Shown here: positions 49,731-62,121 of the stretch, piece after piece
Numbering within the stretch: position 1 is the first letter of the stretch
Layout: each line of letters begins with the position of its first letter
Assembly (NCBI GenBank): GCA_965287045.1
Contig: OZ336875.1
Location: 74,772,001-74,836,000 of the forward strand
DNA: 64,000 nt
Source of the DNA: Carcharhinus amblyrhynchos
Lineage: Eukaryota
Direction of reading: 5' to 3'
Notes under the pieces: model-generated
Told to the model about the DNA's origin: nothing
Databases searched by the model: none
The model's input: the letters and a program-made list of their open reading frames with translations, nothing else
Program-made: the position numbers and the translations under genes

Positions 49731-52689
49731 GATATTCTGCACTTTGGTTGGTTGGTGTTTTGAATGAAGTGAAGCTACCAAATCTTGTGCATTAAGAATT
49801 CTGGAGTTGACAACTCTGCAAATGTTAGGTGAAATATTTGCTTTCTGCAAAAGGTCAGCACTTTGTCAGTCATAAACTTCCCACTTTACATCTTTTCACA
49901 TCTCCTGACTTTCCACCCTTCTCCATGTATTTTTCCCCTCCTTCTCCTGAGAATCAACCTAACTTTCTTTACCAATTTGAGTATAAAGTTTTTAGCATGA
50001 TTCCTAACTACTGGGGTGCTCATTTGCCACATTGGGTCAAGATTTGCACTCAAGGGCTCCAAAAGCAGTTTACAAAATGAGTTCCCAATTGAAATTTGAG
50101 AAATTTATTTTCTCTTCTCACCACCTTGTCCATGACTCAAATTTGCAGAAGCTATGAACCAGGACCAAAGATTCCTACTTTTAAATTTTCATTGGGCATT
50201 TTTTTCCTAAAGAATACTTTGCACACTAAGTCTAAACAGTCGCCCTGCCACAGCCTTTTGCTAAAGCTATACTTGGTGCTTTGTATATTCAAACTGTTCA
50301 AAAGGACAGCAATCCAGATCGGGTCACCTGTACAAACAACTGAATACCAAATCTAAGATGTTCAATGGAAAGTTTCTTCAAGAGCTCATTTTGTTTGAAG
50401 ATGCTGTATTCTCAATTGGAATGGCAAATGTTACTTTCCTAGAAGTTAGTTGAGGGGAAGTGGAAATTCAGTCCTTATCAAAGAGCAACAGTTGAGGTTG
50501 GTTTGAGTGGCTTCCTGCCTACTGTCATGAACCTATTTCAGCCAAGTCTCTTTGCAACTTTAATTTTGACACATTTCAACCTTGTTTTGGTATAGGGCAT
50601 TTTATCAATTCTACAGAAGGTTTGGGATGTCATTTACCATGCTCTGGGGGGGAAAAAAAAGAATTCCCCACCTTGTTGATTCATAATCTTGATTTGGTTC
50701 CTTTGTTTGCTTTTCTATCTTGTTCTACCATTTTCCTGTGACCTTTTTATAGTCAGCACCAGCAGGGATGGACTTTTTTCTAAGAATGAGACTCAATGTA
50801 GATCATGGTATTGAAGCATTTTACAGATGCTTAATTTTCCTGTCTTCTATTTGGGCAGTGCATCCCTGGGCATTAGGTTTTCTTTCAATAATCCTCGTCC
50901 TAATGACATTTTTGATTAAACGGTTCCATGGAGTAGGAACTTCCAGGTATGTTTTACATATTAATAGCAAATGAGCATTAATTTTTCAGTGCAGGTCCAT
51001 CCCAGACCTGTTTTTTGTAGAAAATCTGAAAGGAATCTCCCATCTTCAAGTTTGTAACCTGTTCTTATCTATTGATTTCGTCTAATTGCACTTTTTTTTA
51101 TTTGAAGGATTCTTTTGACCAAAGGTGGTTGAGCTCTTTTCTGCAGGAAAGCATTGGGATCCATTTCTTGAACAAACCACAAGTTGGGGGCCAAAATGAG
51201 TGAAATAACTGCAGTCACTAGTTGTTGCTCCCTTTTTTAAACTTCACCCATACAAGCACTTTATTTGTCACTGCATCCTATCTTGTTCATTTTGCAGGTT
51301 ACCTCACCATCTTTGTATTTAGGAGAATTGACACTTTTATCCCTCTTTAGGTCTTCAGTACAGCCCTGAATGATAGATTTATTTTTGCACTAGTTGATAG
51401 CAAATCTGTCACTAATTCATCAGCTATTGAAGATGCAATTAGGATTATAGCTGGAACCAACTGGCCATAATGTCTGTCCAAATGGATTGTTGCCTATATG
51501 GGCTGGTGCAACCTTGGCATTAGGTGATGGAAATAAACAGGCTGGTAACTAAAAAGACCTGTCACAGACTAATCTAGTGTGAGCATTGAGTTGGCACACA
51601 TCTGTTAGTAGGTTTGTCTTGATTGCATCATTCATTGCAGTCCTCCAACATTTGAGTTTTTGCATAAGATTTAAATATCTAGTTCCAGCTCAGTTAAGAA
51701 CTTGTCAAGAATGACACATCCAGCTCAATTAATGAACATCTATATGGCTGGTTATTTTTCTGCTCCTCCACCCTCATTTTTAGGATTTGTACCCAAAGTT
51801 CCAATGTTGTAACATCTTTCCCTAAGAACACATCAGGGATTAGTGACGGATTATGCTGAAGTGCTCCGGCCACTGCAACACTACTGTCCCCCTTTTCAGC
51901 AATTCTGTTCAGTTATCCAGATTCAATAAAAAGTCCCCCTCCTGCAAGAAACATTCCTGTCAAGGATACTCACCTGAAAACCTTCAGGTTTTCATTGAAG
52001 TTCTGCTCTGATCTAGTTGTGAAAGGCTGTCTTGGTTCTGGTGAAGTAGGCTTGCAGCTACAATGTAATGATGTATTGTAGGGTATTCACCTTTTAGGAT
52101 AGCCTGCAAATCAAACGGAACTATTTGTTCAGCTTTACAGTGTTTGGACCAAATAAGCTAATTTGAGTGACTGGTAGAATCCATATTCTCCCACTGAGAT
52201 ACCAGTGCTCCTTCTCCACTGCAGTTGTTTCTTTAGTTGTGGATTTGATGTCAATCTGTACTTGCATCTAGTGCTAACACCAACTTGCTTTCTAGTTGAT
52301 ATGCCTGGGGAATCTACTGTTTTTTTTTGTTAACAGATGAGCATGGAGAATTTTGGGTAGATCTAGTAGACCAATTTGCTTCAGCCATTCGACTGCCAAC
52401 ATAATGGGAGGACTCACTTTGTAGAAACATTATGGTGACATTGTCTTGATGCAGCTGTGCTACTGCTGTAGACTAAAGAGCTGTTCTGATGTGCAAGCCT
52501 TAAGCAGCCCACCCCATACTGTGGTGCATGTACAGTTTTTAGTGTCAGTTAAATACTGACAATGTTTCTGTTCCCAGAGCTATAGATTCATCTCTGCCTG
52601 ACAGAGATTTTTGGTTTGTTCACAACTGTGGTATTGCATTTGACCTGGTGATGTGCTTGCAACCAAATTCATGCTATACTAAGACCACC

Positions 52690-53240
52690 TGCTTCTACCA
52701 ATGTGACATTACTTGACTTCATCTCTGTCTAAGCTCATCTGCTGAAGCTCTACCCCTTCATTACTGTTCCAACACGCTCCTGACCTTCCATAAGCATGAG
52801 GTCATCTGAAATGCTGCAGCCTGTGTTTTCACCCACTAAATCTCAATCTCCTAAACCCTATGCTTACTGATCTGCAATTGGCTCTTGATCAAGCAACACC
52901 TTGACTTAAAATTTATTCATTTTTGATTTTCAAATTCTTCCAGGGTCTTGGCCTTTCCCATCCTATCTCTCTATCTCCAAGTACACAACTTTCAGAACTC
53001 TGCTACTCAATCTGGTCTCTTGAGCATTCCTAATTTTTATATTTGCTCCACCATTGGGTCCAAGACACCTGCCCCCCGCCAAAGGAGTTGCCTACTTCAC
53101 TTTGGCATCCCTTAACCTAGTTCTTGGTTAAGCTTTTGACTATCTTGACCTAATAACTTGTAATGGCTTGGTGTCAAACTGTTTTAAAATGCTCCCGTGA
53201 AGCACTTAGAATGCTTTATCACATTTAAGGCTGTAAGACA
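52690..53240 (+). mobile_element. Old L2-type LINE 3' fragment
   Basis: gctcatctgctgaa...gaggtcatc...tactgatctgcaattggctc (LHWL-like) ...tgtcaaactgttttaaaatgctcccgtgaagcactt tail. Confidence 0.55.
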
Positions 53241-54319
53241 AATGGTTGCTTAGCCTAGCTAATGATTTTTGTCTTTAACATGAGCCAGTGAACAAAGCTG
53301 CCACTTGACCTTTTTTTTCTATTGATTCACTGTTTGAGTCTATTCCTTAGTCTGATATTCTGTTTTTGATCATTCTCTCAATTTTGAACCTGTTGCAGTG
53401 TAGTGGACTTGCACAATCACTAAGGATGTGACTTTTTTTGTGCCATTCAATACATACCCTCATTCAGCTGCCTAGATTTGAATTCTCTCCCTAAAGCAGC
53501 CACCTTCACCTCCAAACCCCATGCATTTTTTCCTTCACCTTTTTTTGAAGACTATTTTTGACTAAACTTCTATGGTAGTGCCAAATTCTGTTTTAACACT
53601 TTATGAAGTACCCTGTTTTACAGTGCTCAAGGTGTGAATATATAAATGCCACTTGTATTCCTAGTTTGTGTGGAGTTGTAATCCTGGTGATTGCAACAGT
53701 AGCATCCCTCGCAAAAAAAAAATTAAATGTTTTGGTGGTTAAAATATTATCCATAACACTATATATTGTGGTGAAAATTTGGTTGTGTTCATGTACATAC
53801 ATCAATCTGAAATGAAGTTCAAATTATGTGAAATTCACTTTGGGTTGGAGTGCTATGATTAATTCCAATGAACTGGAGGCAGGGCAAGGCTTGTCATCTC
53901 TAAAAGACTCCCAACTCTAATCAACAAGATTACGTTTCCAGGAAATGCAGTGAATGGAGGAAAATTATATAATAAAGTTTGATTATTTCTCCAGGAACAA
54001 GTATAAGGTGTGTGTATTGCTTTATGGTAAAGGTTCCCACCTCAACCTTAGGGAATCCATCTATAAATGGGTGTAAAGTGCTTAAATGTACATTCCTATT
54101 TGTCTCCAACTTGCTTAATCTAGAATACATCTGCTGTACAATAGCTCTAACATTGGGCACTATGTAACCTTCCTGACTCCCTATAATGCAAATGAGACAA
54201 AGCAGCCACTGTGAACAGATTCAGTTTGGATTTTCCTATGCTACATAGCTAAATTATTGGACAAATGAGGTGGAATATGCCTTGGCAGGAGAGAAAGAAT
54301 TAAAAAAAAAACTTGGCTA

Positions 54320-54697
54320 AGAAGAGGCTGAAGGTCCATCTACCCAGTGTAAAAATTTTTAGAATGAGATGATTGCATCAAAACAACTTTACAGGGCTTT
54401 GCAGTGTTGAGGTAGGGGATAGCCTCTGAATAAGAGGGAGGCCATTTCAGACTATGATTGAAAAGCAATGTGCTGAATCTTTGAAATTCTACCCTAGATG
54501 ACTATGGAAACTCAGCCATTGAGTATGTTCAAGACTGATATGTTAAATATGGGGATAGCGTGAGAAAATGGTATTGTGGAACATGGGAACGGTGTTTGAG
54601 GTTGGCAGTCAGCCAGAATCTATTTGAATAGCAGGTCAGGTTCAAGAAGCTAAATGGCCTAGTCCTATTTCCTGTTTATATTTCCTGTTTATATTTC
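54320..54697 (+). mobile_element. Old CR1 3' fragment with (tatttcctgttta)n tail
   Basis: ggggatagcctctgaataagagggaggccatttcagact...gaatctttgaaattctac; ctaaatggcctagtcctatttcct. Confidence 0.65.
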
Positions 54698-55348
54698 CCC
54701 TTGAAGGGAGATATAACTGAATCAATATTCTCTACTGAAAGGATGTTGGTGTGAGACAAAATAGTGTGAAACAAATCTATTTTATGTAGATTTAATTGTT
54801 ATTCATATAGTTGTGCCATATGCCTGATTACATCAATCCTTGGTCATATTTGATCACTACCTACTAATGAAGGAATTGAAAAAATTAAAATATTGTAACT
54901 AAAAATTTCAAATTCTTCAAAGTGACAAGCGTGTGCACCTAAGCCATGCTGTGTTGCTATCACTACAGTTTTATACAGCACTTCCTTGAAGCTGTTCCCT
55001 GCCTGGTCAATGCTTTGTAACTGCAAAAAGAAATCTAAGAGCTTCAATAATATCAAGCACATCCACAATCAATAACCTGCTCTGAAAACTCTGCTCACAG
55101 GTTGACAGCTGTGAAAAATTCTACCACAGCAGCTGAGACAATCCAGAACATTCTAGCAATAACGTTCTAAATGAAACTAATCTAAACTTTTTTTGTCAAT
55201 TTGCCCCATCACCTGCTATTTTATTTTTCCTCTGGATCTAGTTTCACCAAAAAAAAATCAAGTTTTGTTGAAATTTGCCCATTAGCTTTTAAGCCTTACT
55301 GTTTAGGCAAACTGGTGAAAATATTATCTCTGAAGATGGATGGGGCAG

Positions 55349-55662
55349 AAGACATAGAAGCAGAATTAGGCCACTCTGCCCATCAAGTCTGCTTGCTATT
55401 CAATCATAGCTGATATTTTTCTCGTTCCCCATTCTCCTACCTTTTCCCCATAACCCCTGACTCCCTTTCTAATCAAGAACTTATCTGTTTCTGTCTTCAA
55501 GATACTCTGAGCTGGCCTCCACAGACTTCTACAGCAAAGAGTACCACAGATTCACCACTCATTGCCTGAAAATTCTTTCTCATCTGTTTTAAAGGATCCT
55601 TCCTTTAGCCTGAGGTTGTGCCCTCTGGTTCTAGTTTTTCCTACTAGTGGAAACATCCTCTC
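55349..55662 (-). mobile_element. CR1 3' fragment
   Basis: agacatagaagcagaattaggcc tail; ctgaggttgtgccctctggttctag (minus: RTRGHNL). Confidence 0.8.
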
Positions 55663-56499
55663 AGACGCAATAAACAAAGCAAAAGGGAAATAGAATAAAT
55701 TTCTTCAAAGCACCAACATATCTAACAGGTGAACTGGTGCTGATGCACAATGGTTGCCTTGAAATGTTAACCCATTCTCTGCAGTCATTGCCTGATCTGC
55801 TAAGTTTTTACAGAATTTTCTGTTTTTATTTTGTTTCCATCATCTGGTGTGTCTTGCTTTTTCACAAAGCAGGTGGAATTTGGGATATGGTACTGCTATT
55901 GATTTGACTTAGGCCAGAATTCGCAGGCTGTTCGTGCTAGTGGGATTCTCTGGTTCTGCCAGCAGTGAGTTTCACAGTGACGTGGGGTGACATCAATGGC
56001 AAATTGTATTGACAGTGGCAGGACCTGAGTATCCCGCCACCAGTGAACAGCACTCCACTTCCCACTGCTGAGAATCTCACCCCTAGTGTCTAGATTGACT
56101 TCTGCCATGTACTGTTGAAAATTTCATGGTCCATTTTGCTAAAATAGGCACATGAATCCCTTTTAACTAAATAATTGAACTTTAAATTACAATGAGATAT
56201 GTTTAACATTGCCACAAGTATTTAAAATTTCATTGCAAAATCAGTTTCAACTTCTTTGAATTCCTGCTTCCTGATTGTAGTCATGACAAATATTCTGGCA
56301 TCGCTTTCTAAGTCTAATTAGTTTGTGATAAATGGAAGTCTTCATTATAATGCCCTTCATGGCCCATCCCCAAAGTGTTTTACAGTCAATGATGTACTTT
56401 TGAAATGGAGTCATAGTTGTAATATAGGAACTGTGACAGTCTGCACACAGCATGTTCCCACCAATGGCACACTGTGCTGTTGGAATCATTCTTCTTCAC

Positions 56500-56990
56500 A
56501 CTCCAGCCATTCCTTATAGTTCAAATCTTGTCTATCTCCTTTGAATATATTCAATGAATCGGCTTCCACCACTCTCTTGACTGGTGATTCATGACTCTTG
56601 GTGAAAAGAAATTCCTGCTCATCTCAGTCTTGAATGGGTGACTCCTTATACTGAAATATTCTCCTTAGTGCTAGGTTCCCCTCAAGGGGAAACATCCTCT
56701 CTGCATCTACCCTGCTAAACCTCGTCTGAATCTTGTGTGTTCCAATAAGATCACCCCTCATTTGATGTATATCAGTCTGACACACTCAACCTTTTCTCTT
56801 TAAACATATTCTTCATCCCAGGAACCTACCTTCTGAACCTCTGCTGAAATGCCTGCAATGCAAGTATATTCCTTAAATAAGGCAACCAATATTGTAGGCA
56901 GGACTCTAGGTGTGGTCTCACTAATGCCTTGTACAGTTGGAGCAAGACTTCCCTACTGTTGTACTCTGCCTTGTAGTAAAGGCTGATATT
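56500..56990 (-). mobile_element. CR1 3' fragment
   Basis: ccaataagatcacccctcatt (MRGDLI), ggtgtggtctcactaatgccttgtacag (LYKALVRPHL). Confidence 0.7.
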
Positions 56991-57009
56991 GATTCAAACT
57001 CAAAGTACC

Positions 57010-57225
57010 AAAGCTTGGCTGTTGACTGTTCCTTGGTGCATTCTCCATGACACTGCCTCTATCAATCAGAGTCCACTTGCCAATCGCTCAGCACACTCTT
57101 CCCCTGCAGTATAAGTTGTTGTTCCCTTCACTATTGGTATTCTTATGAACTGTCCTGTAGAGTTAAGACAAAAGGCTTTGATGAAATGTCATGTTTTTCC
57201 AACAGTAATCAAGCTCTGTACCATC
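57010..57225 (+). mobile_element. Solo terminal repeat of Penelope family 2 with decayed hammerhead core
   Basis: tgcattctccatgacactgcctct...caatcagagtccacttgccaa matches 18380-18430 (reverse complement) and 19432-19560; tgtcCTGTAGAgttaagacAAAAggctt. Confidence 0.55.
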
Positions 57226-57728
57226 AACCTCCCATTAAAGTTTGTGGTTGTGTCTGGTTTTTTTGAGGGGGTGCAAGAGGAAAATGTCAGGATCCTATTT
57301 CTCTCTTCCTTTGGCATTAGCAGTTTCTCAGTACTTGTGATACTGTTGCATAATGCTCTCGTAAATATTCCAATGTTTTACATGTTCACAGTATTGGCTT
57401 GGGTGTCAACCTGTTTATTTTAAGCACCTCCATCAAAACATCATGTTGATACATTTGATAAGAAACATTACATTCTGTAAGATTCTTTCACCAAGTTCTG
57501 TAAGATAATGTACAAGGGTTCATTTCCAAATTAATTTGTTTAACCCAGAAATTGACTTCAGTATTAGTTCCCTAAAGTAACCTAGCGCTTACTCAAACAG
57601 TTACCGGTAGGTGTTCGTTGTCAGGGATGGTTTCAATGGTCGTGATTTTCTAACCAGTGCAATCAAACTCACTTGCCCTTATGTCTATATATTAAAATTT
57701 AAACTGCTGCCTGGAGACATGTTAAAGG

Positions 57729-58807
57729 ATATCAATGTGAAGGTCACCACTGATTGCATCATACCAGAATTAAACTCATTCTGCTTTAGGAATGGATAGT
57801 AGGAAAAGAGGAGGATACAAATGCCCCAATACTAGTGCTCTCCTCTTTTACTCTCCAGAGTTACAACAAACTGCGGATACAGGTTGTACGCAGCAGTTAC
57901 AACAGAAGGCGAGGAAATAGGGGAAAAAGCTGCAAGAGTTCAATGACTAGTAGCGAGGAGAGCCATTAACCCAGCCATCCAGAAACAGGCTGCGATCTTC
58001 CATCCAACTGACCCTTAAATAATTCCAAAAACAGCAACCCACACCGACCAAATCTGTGCATCAGTAAAAACACACAAAGAATTGGACAATAAGCTACAAT
58101 AAGGGCCTGATGTACAGCAATCCCTTTGTTCTGTCAGCAGTTCTACATTTGTTCTTATGAATGAAACTTCTTCCTGCCATGTGTACTCTGTACAATTATA
58201 TCACTCACTTGTTCTGTCATGCAAAAGAACTTGGGGAGTTTGGGGTGGGGGTGAGAATTATTTTAAATACAATGAGTACAGTGGTCTGGAATATGGTGGC
58301 TGAAAGGGCTTTGAAAGAAAACTGGACACACATTTGAGAAGGAGAAATTTACAATGTAGTGGGGAAATAGAAGTGGGACAAATTGGATCACACTTTCAGA
58401 GAGCCTGCACAGTATGATGGTCTGAATGGTCACCTTTGGAAAGGAAACTGGTAGTGTGGACCTTTAAAAGGCAACATTTATATCAATGTAGAGGTCGTCA
58501 CTGATTGATTGCATCGTACCAGAATTAAACTCATTCTGCTTTAAGAATGGAGGATAGAAGAGAGGATAAAAATACTCCAATAGTAGTTCTCTTGCCTTGC
58601 TGCTCCAATAAAAACAAACTCTGTTGAAAAAGATTGCATGCAGCAGTTACAACAGAAGGCAAGGAAACGGGGGGAAAAAACAAAACCTTTTCCTGCGAGG
58701 TTTAGTTTGTACAATTATATCATTTGCTAGGTCTGTTGTGCAAAGTAACTGGCAGGGGGAGGGGGGTGGTGGTGGTGGTGGTGGTGAGAATTCCTTTTAA
58801 ACACAAT
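57729..58807 (+). repeat. Diverged local direct duplication (copy 1 ~57729-58273, copy 2 ~58480-58807)
   Basis: Exact shared blocks taccagaattaaactcattctgcttta (57762/58517) and gcagcagttacaacagaaggc (57890/58640), plus tgtacaattatatca and ggtgagaatt in the same order. Confidence 0.85.
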
Positions 58808-59311
58808 TCTATGCAATGGAGAAAACTGCTCAATTCAAACTGATGATCCAAGTAACTTGCTCAGTTGGAATGCTGAGTGCTGTGAAACGCGAGCAAAAAA
58901 TCCACAAGGCAGAGGTTTCCTCATGCAGATATGTTTTCAGTTGATTACTCCTGATGTTAGTCTGCCAGCAATATTGTCTCCACTGTTTTACCTTCCCCTT
59001 ATTTCACCCTATTCAACAAATACAGCTTCACATTTGGTACATTGATGGGAAGAATGTAAATTTGGATGTGGCTTCCCAGCTATTTTCATTAGCAGTAGGT
59101 GAGAGCATAAATGCTGTTTTGCAGCATAGATTTGATTGCGGTTTAACGAAAATCCGTGGTTTTGATTCTAAATTTACTAAGTTTTACATAGAATTTCTAT
59201 CACAGAAACAGGCTTTTCAACCCAACAGGCCTATGTCAGTGTTCATGCTCCACACCAGCTTACTCCCATTCTAATTATTTAATCGCAGCCTTGTTTAGAC
59301 TACGTAAACTG

Positions 59312-60080
59312 CGGCTCATGGATGGTACTCACTCTCGCCTCTCAGTCACACATTTCTGGGTTAATTCCCACTCCAGGACTTGAACACAAGAATCAAGGCT
59401 GACATTCCAGTGCAGCACTGAAGGAGTGCTGTACTGTTGGAGGTGGCATCTTTTGAATGAAATGCTAAACTGAACCTCTGCCTGCCTTCTCAAGCGAATG
59501 TAAAAGATCCCATGACACTATTTCAAAGAAGAGTAGGGAAGTTATCCCCGATATTCGTCCCTCAAGCAATACTGTCAAAAAAATGATCTGATGATTATCC
59601 CAATATTGTGAGAGTTCACTGCAAATTATCTGTTGTGTTTCCTATATTGCAGCAATGATTATACTTCAAAGACACTTCATTGACTATAAGAACATAAGAA
59701 ATAGGAGCAGGAGTAGGCCATCTAGCCCTTCGAGCCTGCCCCGCCATTCAATAAGATCATGGCTGATCTGTTGTGGCTCAGTTCCACTTTCCCGCCCTCT
59801 CCCCATAACCCTTAATCCCCTCTCTTATCAAGAACCCATCAACCCGCTTCTTAAAAATATTTAGCGAGGCAGCCTCCACCACTTCAACGGGCAGAGAATT
59901 CCAGAGATTCACCACCCTTTGAGTGAAGAAGTTCCTCCTCAACTCCGTTCTAAACCGCCTCCCCTTTATCTTGAGGCTGTGCCCCCTAGTCCTACTGTCT
60001 TTTTTGAGCGGGAAGAGTCTCTCCACCTCTATCCTATCCATATAAAGTGCCTCAAGATGTCTGGTGGTTACAAAAGGCAA
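59312..60080 (+). mobile_element. Deu-domain SINE (SacSINE1/AmnSINE-like), split by a young CR1
   Basis: gaaggagtgctgtactgttggaggtggcatctttt...gtaaaagatcccatgacactatttcaaagaagag matches the recalled Deu core; its tail resumes after 60041. Confidence 0.75.
59688..60041 (-). mobile_element. Young CR1 3' fragment, almost identical to 34006-34359
   Basis: Direct comparison by eye shows about two substitutions over ~350 nt. Confidence 0.95.
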
Positions 60081-60094
60081 AATAATTTGTTCTT

Positions 60095-60432
60095 GGGACA
60101 TGGGCATCACTGCCAAGGTCAACATTTGTTGTCCATCCCTAATTTCTGTAGTATTGAGGCACTGGCTAGGCTGTTTCAGAGTTTAAGAATCAACCAGATT
60201 GCTGTGGGCCATCTCATGTAAAATTGGGATATTTCTTTCCCTAAAGGAAATTGGTTGAACCAGATGGTTTTTACAACAATCAATGATAGTTTCATGTTCA
60301 CAGTGACTGAAGTTAACTTTCAATTCCAGATTTTATTCATTGAATTTAAATTCCAGCAGCTGCTGTGCTGGGATTTGAAACTGTGTCTTTCTGTATTACT
60401 AGTCCAGTGACATTACCACTACACTGCCTTCT
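60095..60432 (-). mobile_element. SINE with a tail shared with the 22875/33205 LINE family
   Basis: tgggcatcactgccaaggtcaacatttgttgtccatccctaatt tail; tRNA-like head at the right end (actagtccagtgacattaccactacactgcc). Confidence 0.55.
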
Positions 60433-61789
60433 CCACCTTACTTATTTTTAACAGCATATCTTCTATTCATTTCTCCTGAATATGCTTACGTTGCTACCCC
60501 TTCAGTACGATTTGCAATGCAGTGTGCTTCAACCACCCCATGTGCTAATGAGTTCCAGCTATTGAGAATCTGAAAAGTGCACCATGCAGTCAGAGGCTCA
60601 TTACAGCTGACAATAAGACTGTGAGATGAACGGTGGTACTTCTTTGATTTTAGATGTTAAAACGTCAATAATATACCTGATGCAAGTTACTGCATTAAAA
60701 ATGCTTTCCTTGCTAAACTAATATGCTGGGAAGGAAGCATTGGGTGGGATTTCCTGGCTACACGCACTACTGGGATTATCCAATCAATGACAAGAAGTCA
60801 ATGGAATTTTGGCTGGGCTGCTGAATTTCCCACGGTGGGTCCTGCCACAGTTGGGTCGGAAAATCCATGCCATTGGTGTGGAATTTCAAAGTAAAACTCC
60901 TTTGTAATGTTCACGTGTACTTTACATTGACCTAAACAGACTGATAGCCTGGATTTTGCAGTCAGGAGCAAAGTAATGTCCCTTGCTGTTGACATAGAAT
61001 AAATCTCTGCAGCAACTCACTGCAATTTCAGTTGCCTTGAGCGAAGAATCTATCCGGCACAGGTAGCAGTGAAGTCTCTGTGCTATTGTCTAGTGCAGTC
61101 GTTGAAGGCAGGCCGGTTGTGAGAGCGACTTATGGTGACTGCATCCCAAAAACTGTATAAAGCTGGCTGCTGCAATAGGACTTTGGAAAATAGGGTTTAG
61201 TGGACATGATAAAAAGTAAAAATCTGAACATTTTTAAAGTACAGCCACCATTTTGATCAGAAAAATCATTTTAAAAAGTGATATTTAAAAAGTAGTCAGA
61301 GATTTTACTTTTAGAATAAGATTGATCAGACTTTTAAAAAAAGGTTTCATGTTAAAATATTAATCCATTTTAACTTTTAAAAGCCTCCTCTTGTGAACCT
61401 CCTCAGTATTCACGAATTGAGAGGATGCCAGTAATGGCTGGAAGTACAGATGCAAATTCTAAAGCATAATTAATTTGTAATTTGTGGACATCAGCCCAAA
61501 ATTGCACTTGTTCCACACTTGCTATTTGAAGGTTTAAGCGCTTGGGTGGTGGCGTGTGTTGGCCCTGCATCTTTTGGATTTGCGCTACAATGCGCTTGTC
61601 ACACTGGAAGTCGCAGGGCCTCTCCGTCATTCAGTAATGGGGAACACTGCAAGCAACAAATCACAAAAAGGAACTTGGTCCTTTCAACCAGTCAATGTCC
61701 CATGAAGAAAATGTGCATCTCTCATGAAGATGATGCAGAGACACAGTTACTCATGCATCTGAATCACTGAATGAAGCAGCTGCAAACTG

Positions 61790-62121
61790 TGTCAAGGACA
61801 TCTCAAAGCATTTTACAACCAATGAAGCACTTTTGAAGGGTGGTCACTGGTGTAATGTAGGATATGGTTGTGCACAGCGAGGTCGCTGTTGGCTGAGGGA
61901 TAAAAATTGAGCAGGATCTGAGAAAGGACACCCTGCACTTCTTAGAAATTGTGCCATGATATATTTCACATCCACCTGAGAAGGCAGACTAAGCTTGGTT
62001 TAGTATCATTTCTGAAAGACTTATATCTCCGATAGAGCAACACTCCATCAGTACTGTACTGGAGTGTCAGGCAGGATTGTGGGTCCAAATCTCTGGAGTG
62101 GGATGGAACCCATGACCTTCT
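61790..62121 (-). mobile_element. Deu-domain SINE, opposite orientation to 59312-60080
   Basis: gtgccatgatatatttcacatccacctgagaaggcagac...ctccatcagtactgtactggagtgtcag...ctggagtgggatggaaccc is the reverse complement of the Deu/tRNA head. Confidence 0.7.
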
